Of a stretch of 64,000 nucleotides of DNA, positions 59,885 through 64,000 are shown one piece after another. The stretch's first letter is position 1. Every line of letters begins with the position of its first letter. The notes under the pieces are model-generated. The model searched no databases and was not told the origin of the DNA. It worked only from the letters and a program-made list of their open reading frames with translations. Both the position numbers and the translations under genes were made by a program. Where the stretch lies: NCBI GenBank assembly GCA_038215155.1, contig JBBQRF010000003.1, positions 553 through 64,552 on the forward strand. The letters run 5' to 3'. The stretch comes from Minisyncoccia bacterium (GTDB lineage Bacteria > Patescibacteriota > Minisyncoccia > Phycocordibacterales > CAJBRS01).

Positions 59885-60532
59885 ATGCAACAAGAATTTT
59901 TTCTGCTTGATCAGATCCCTTCTGATGATGACGATAGGGAACTCATTTTAAGCCAGAGATGGCTTTCAGAGGCAGTAAAGCGCTCGGTAGTAGTAGAGTT
60001 TGGGGGCACATGTGGCGTTGGCTCAATTATTGGCAAAACCGTAGTAGTCTCTTCTGTTTTTGCTGAGCTTTTTGATAAAACACATTCAATAGAACCTCTC
60101 TTGCGACCAACCATCCACCAATTCTTTCCGGATGAGGTAGTCTCTCCGATTCAAAAAAGTTGGTATTCTAGTGATTTAAAATTGTGTTTAGTAATTCCAC
60201 AGCATCGTCCACAAGCTCAAAAGTCAGTAGAATGCCGCCCAAAATTAGATGAGTATCTCATATTGGTCAATGCCATTTCAGATCCTCGAGTTCTTTGTTT
60301 GAAGAAATGTGGCAGGGAGTCTGTCGAGTATTTCTCCAAGCGCCTCTCCCTGATCAAAATTGATGTAGAGACAGGCATTCCAGCAAGTTTTATCTACCGC
60401 TTGAACGGAGATGTAGCCGGAGTTGCTATTGCTTCTACCAGGGATGATAAGGTGCTAGCTTTGCCAATATATGAACTTATGTGCCTCTACTATGGTCAGT
60501 TAAGCTCCCTCAGAGAAATGAATGCCATCTGA
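59885..60532 (+). CDS. Degenerate trypsin-like (S1) fold protein
   Basis: SVVV....GVGSII, DL.L and NGDVAGV motifs; catalytic His and Ser apparently absent. Confidence 0.45.
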   Translation: MQQEFFLLDQIPSDDDDRELILSQRWLSEAVKRSVVVEFGGTCGVGSIIGKTVVVSSVFAELFDKTHSIEPLLRPTIHQFFPDEVVSPIQKSWYSSDLKLCLVIPQHRPQAQKSVECRPKLDEYLILVNAISDPRVLCLKKCGRESVEYFSKRLSLIKIDVETGIPASFIYRLNGDVAGVAIASTRDDKVLALPIYELMCLYYGQLSSLREMNAI

Positions 60533-60638
60533 AGAGCAGCTTCATTGAAAAACTTTCTCACATTCCGCTGCGCGCATCCTCGCGCAGCTTTTTATTTAAA
60601 TAAAAAGCTCCTTAAATTAAATGTTATTATTCTTCTAT

Positions 60639-61118
60639 ATGTCTATGGAAACACCAGAAGAAGGAGGTGGGGGAATTGAGGATTTTGACTGGAAGCATTT
60701 GGGTATGTCGGAAGAAGAGAAGATCCAATCGTGTCTTGATGAGTTGGGTGAATTTAACAAAAACCCGGAACCTCGCAAAGATGAAATAGAGAATATGTTA
60801 ATAGAGACTAGTAAATGGGTTATTCGGTATGAAAAGAATCCGGATCCTAAAGTTAAGGATGAATTAATGCCCGCCATTGCGGCTAATCAAGTAAATTTAG
60901 CGGACAAATATTTAAATATTTTCATCAATTTGGATGATGTAAGTCTTTATGAATGCCAAATTATGCAAGGTTGTTTAGACATGTTGAACCGTAATATGAA
61001 CTTACTGATTGCCACAGAAAAGAACCAACCCGAAAAATTGAAAATTGAAATTTTAGATAAAGTTGATAAAGCTATGTTAATAATTAGCGTTAATTATCCA
61101 GAAGTTTTAGGACGATGA
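60639..61118 (+). CDS. Acidic hypothetical protein
   Basis: TGnTATTAT 8 nt before ATG 60639. Confidence 0.6.
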   Translation: MSMETPEEGGGGIEDFDWKHLGMSEEEKIQSCLDELGEFNKNPEPRKDEIENMLIETSKWVIRYEKNPDPKVKDELMPAIAANQVNLADKYLNIFINLDDVSLYECQIMQGCLDMLNRNMNLLIATEKNQPEKLKIEILDKVDKAMLIISVNYPEVLGR

Positions 61119-61783
61119 ACTATAATAATTTTAAATTAAAAGAGGTAGCGCAGCTGGTAGGGCAAGATATTTTAAAGTGTTTTAGGGGCCGCAATTTGCT
61201 CTGGCAAATTGCGGCCATCCTCCTAACCTATCTTCTAGTCATTAGTGGGGTGGATTGGAAGTACTACCAATATTTTCAAAATTCATCCTTAACTACTTTG
61301 TTTTTTTCCGCTGCTCTGGTAGGGTTTTTAGTTCCAGTTTTTTTGCCCATCATTATTTATACTGCAGGATCAATTAAAAGTAATGGTTTTTTGCTTCGGC
61401 TCAGTTTTGCCATCGTTGAAGTAGAGATTCTCAGCTGGTTAATATCTTTTTTCTATAAAATGTTTACTGGCCGGGCTCATCCAGAATTCGGTGGATTGAC
61501 CGACATAAGTCAGGTTTTCCATTTTGGCATCTCTCGGGGAGGTATTTTCTGGGGCTGGCCATCTTCTCACACCGCTGTAGCCTTTGCTTTGGCCGCCCTT
61601 TTAGCCACTGTTTACTGCAGTCGCTATTTTTGGCGGACTAGTTTTTATCTCTATGCCTTTTACATTGGCTTGTCAGTGGCGGCCACCATTCATTGGTTTT
61701 CTGATTTTGTGGCCGGAGCTATTATCGGCACTATCATTGGTCAAGTAGTAGGGAAAAGATTTTTAAGATCGTTTAAAGATTAA
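61115..61783 (+). CDS. PAP2-family phosphatase
   Basis: K...GR..P, PSSHT and HWFSD motifs. Confidence 0.88.
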   Translation: MNYNNFKLKEVAQLVGQDILKCFRGRNLLWQIAAILLTYLLVISGVDWKYYQYFQNSSLTTLFFSAALVGFLVPVFLPIIIYTAGSIKSNGFLLRLSFAIVEVEILSWLISFFYKMFTGRAHPEFGGLTDISQVFHFGISRGGIFWGWPSSHTAVAFALAALLATVYCSRYFWRTSFYLYAFYIGLSVAATIHWFSDFVAGAIIGTIIGQVVGKRFLRSFKD

Positions 61784-62886
61784 TGAGCACTTCGCTTGAA
61801 AAATTAGGTAATTGGTATTGGAAATACGAACGGCATTTATCATCACTAGGATTAATCAGTGGTTTTCTGTTTGATATTTTCACTTTAACTCGAGTAGATA
61901 AACCTTTGGAAAATGTCTGGATTGGCTTCCATATCTTTGTAGCAGCTGTGGCTATTATTTTCCTTAATCTATATGAAGAAGGAAGATTGAAAGCTAAAGT
62001 GCCTGGAAGGGCTCATTTCTGGTGGACTTTCGTCATTCAGTTTGCTTTCGGGGGACTATTTAGTGTTTATTTAGTTTTTTATTCTCGCAGTGCTCATTTT
62101 TTTTCCAGTTGGCCATTTCTCTTACTTTTGTTTTTGAATTTCCTAGCCAATGAACGATTGCGTGATAAGTACACGCGCGCCAGCTTCCAGGCAACCATGC
62201 TATTTCTAAGTATTCTTTTTTACGCCATTTATATAGTGCCAATTTTCGTTGGTACAATTTCCAGCCGAGTTTTTCTGATGAGTGGAATAATTAGCCTGGC
62301 TCTTATGGGCGGTTTTGTTTTATTGCTGATGACGTTATCACCGCAAAGGATGAGGCAAGAAAAATGGATTATTATTCCGGCTGTGCTGCTCTCATACCTT
62401 TTGATCACCATTCTTTACTTTAGCCACCTCATTCCACCCATACCACTATCCTTAAAAGATGCGGGAGTTTATCACTCCATTACTCGCGATAGTACCTCGG
62501 GAAATTATTTAGTGACAGAAGAAGTCGTCGATAATCTCAGTTGGTATGAATATTTTTTCCCAAATAATTCTATAAAACTAGTACCTGGAGAATCAGCCTA
62601 CGTTTTTAGTTCTATTTTTGCTCCGACTAAATTTTCTGCTGGCATTGTTCATCGCTGGCAACGCTATGATCCAGATAAGAAATTATGGACGACAGAAAGT
62701 ATTGTGCCGCTTCAAATCTTTGGCGGTCGTGATAATGGTTTTCGTACCTATTCCTACAAAAGTAATTTAGCATCTGGACGATGGAGGGTGAAGGTGGAGA
62801 CGGCAGAAGGGCAGGTGATTGGTCGGCTCGACTTCGTCGCCGAGCCGACCTCCTACACCCCATTGCTCCAAGAAGTCTCGAAATAA
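61783..62886 (+). CDS. DUF2914-domain membrane protein
   Basis: Multi-TM N-terminus; IPPIPL, GGR..GFRTYS.K and G.WRV.V.T motifs. Confidence 0.85.
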   Translation: MSTSLEKLGNWYWKYERHLSSLGLISGFLFDIFTLTRVDKPLENVWIGFHIFVAAVAIIFLNLYEEGRLKAKVPGRAHFWWTFVIQFAFGGLFSVYLVFYSRSAHFFSSWPFLLLLFLNFLANERLRDKYTRASFQATMLFLSILFYAIYIVPIFVGTISSRVFLMSGIISLALMGGFVLLLMTLSPQRMRQEKWIIIPAVLLSYLLITILYFSHLIPPIPLSLKDAGVYHSITRDSTSGNYLVTEEVVDNLSWYEYFFPNNSIKLVPGESAYVFSSIFAPTKFSAGIVHRWQRYDPDKKLWTTESIVPLQIFGGRDNGFRTYSYKSNLASGRWRVKVETAEGQVIGRLDFVAEPTSYTPLLQEVSK

Positions 62887-62913
62887 AAAACGGCTCCTCC
62901 TTCAGGCTAGCCG

Positions 62914-63216
62914 TTAATTCCTACCGTTACCGGTTCGTTCTTGGAAAGTTGCTTCTCGAGTAAAAAGTTTTAGAAGCTTTTTACTGACGGGAATAACTTC
63001 AGGGGTTTCCGGTACATTGCTCATATTGAGCTCCTTGATTAGTCCTTGAGCTTCTTCAGAGCTAATTCGCTTAAAGTGAAGCAATTCTTCAATGCTATCT
63101 CTGGCGTCGCCCTTACTAAAGAAGAAGACTTCTAAAAATTGATCGTCCAGAAAGTAATTAATTTTACCTCCAGAACCCGTAAACTCAATTGTGGGAGGTA
63201 TACTCATCCTGCCCAT
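62914..63216 (-). CDS. Hypothetical protein
   Basis: ORF divergent from msrB; TTGCAA, 16 nt, TAATAT upstream suggests a start at 63207. Confidence 0.5.
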   Translation of the reverse strand: MGRMSIPPTIEFTGSGGKINYFLDDQFLEVFFFSKGDARDSIEELLHFKRISSEEAQGLIKELNMSNVPETPEVIPVSKKLLKLFTREATFQERTGNGRN

Positions 63217-63260
63217 ATATTAGGTCAGCTAAAGGAATTTGCAAATGGTATAATTTAGCT

Positions 63261-63647
63261 ATGAAAACTGACGACGAATTAAAAAAAGAAAATCCCGAGC
63301 TCTACCGGGTGGCGCGGGAAAAGGGAACGGAGATGCCTGGAACAGGACCCTACCTTCATTCTAAAGAAAAAGGCATGTATAAATGCGCCATTTGCCAGGC
63401 CCCGCTTTTTCCTTCCGATGTAAAATTTGATTCGGGAAGTGGTTGGCCCAGTTTCTATGAGGCCCTACCAGGTGCGGTGAGATTGGAAGAAGATTCGAGT
63501 CTCGGCACTACCAGAACGGAAGTAACCTGCACTAATTGCGGGGCGCATCTTGGGCACGTCTTTAATGATGCTCCTCAAACTCCCACCGGCGCCCGCTATT
63601 GTATAAATGGGGTCTGCCTTGATTTAGAAAAAGAAGAAGGAGTATAA
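63261..63647 (+). CDS. msrB: Methionine-R-sulfoxide reductase
   Basis: GTE, KFDSGSGWPSF, HLGHVF.D and RYCING motifs; TGnTATAAT 6 nt before ATG. Confidence 0.96.
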   Translation: MKTDDELKKENPELYRVAREKGTEMPGTGPYLHSKEKGMYKCAICQAPLFPSDVKFDSGSGWPSFYEALPGAVRLEEDSSLGTTRTEVTCTNCGAHLGHVFNDAPQTPTGARYCINGVCLDLEKEEGV

Positions 63648-63655
63648 TTTAAACT

Positions 63656-63958
63656 ATGGAAACTATCTTTGCTTACGGTACCTTGAAAGACCCTAAGGTT
63701 CAGCAGGAAATTATCGGCCGAAAAGTTTTGGGTACGCCCGATCATCTGGATGGTTGTATTAAATCTCATTTTCAACATGGCGACCGCAAAACCTACCCCG
63801 TCATTATTTGTCCCATTGATGGACACGGAGTGGACGGGGTTACTCTAGAAGTATCCGGGGAGGAATTAAAAAGAATTGATCATTACGAAGAAGATTTCTA
63901 TCGTCGTCAAAAGGTAAGATTAAAGAGTGGGGTAGAGGCGTGGACTTACGTTAAGTAG
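63656..63958 (+). CDS. Gamma-glutamylcyclotransferase-family protein
   Basis: FAYGTL and D.YE...Y.R motifs. Confidence 0.88.
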   Translation: METIFAYGTLKDPKVQQEIIGRKVLGTPDHLDGCIKSHFQHGDRKTYPVIICPIDGHGVDGVTLEVSGEELKRIDHYEEDFYRRQKVRLKSGVEAWTYVK

Positions 63959-64000
63959 AGGAGCGTGTGGTGTTCTCGCATCTAGAATACTATAGCTTCG

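Overview
Chromosomal window of a Patescibacteria/CPR bacterium, most likely Parcubacteria (OD1). This is inferred from 16S signatures such as the 515F-site variant GTGCCAGCAGCAGCGGTAA, plus the gene content; genetic code 11. All calls come from reading motifs by eye; no searches were run. Contents: a stand-alone 16S rRNA gene with its own promoter, boxA, processing stem and terminator, a ~135-nt hairpin insertion and no anti-Shine-Dalgarno tail; four tRNAs; a Phd/RelE toxin-antitoxin pair; a ~16.5-kb surface-glycan locus; housekeeping genes (rsmI, radC, mpl, dinB, rnj, secG, groES/EL, lemA, htpX, msrB); and an orphan-rich region around tRNA-Ser. Most notable: (1) an orphan histidine kinase overlapping a putative fused class II/class I terpene enzyme; (2) loss of the anti-SD together with many -10 boxes 5-9 nt before start codons, implying leaderless mRNAs; (3) a cupredoxin next to an RnfD-like/FNR fusion; (4) recurrent GC-rich GNA-triloop palindromes inside coding sequence; (5) unannotated small ORFs and structured intergenic elements.
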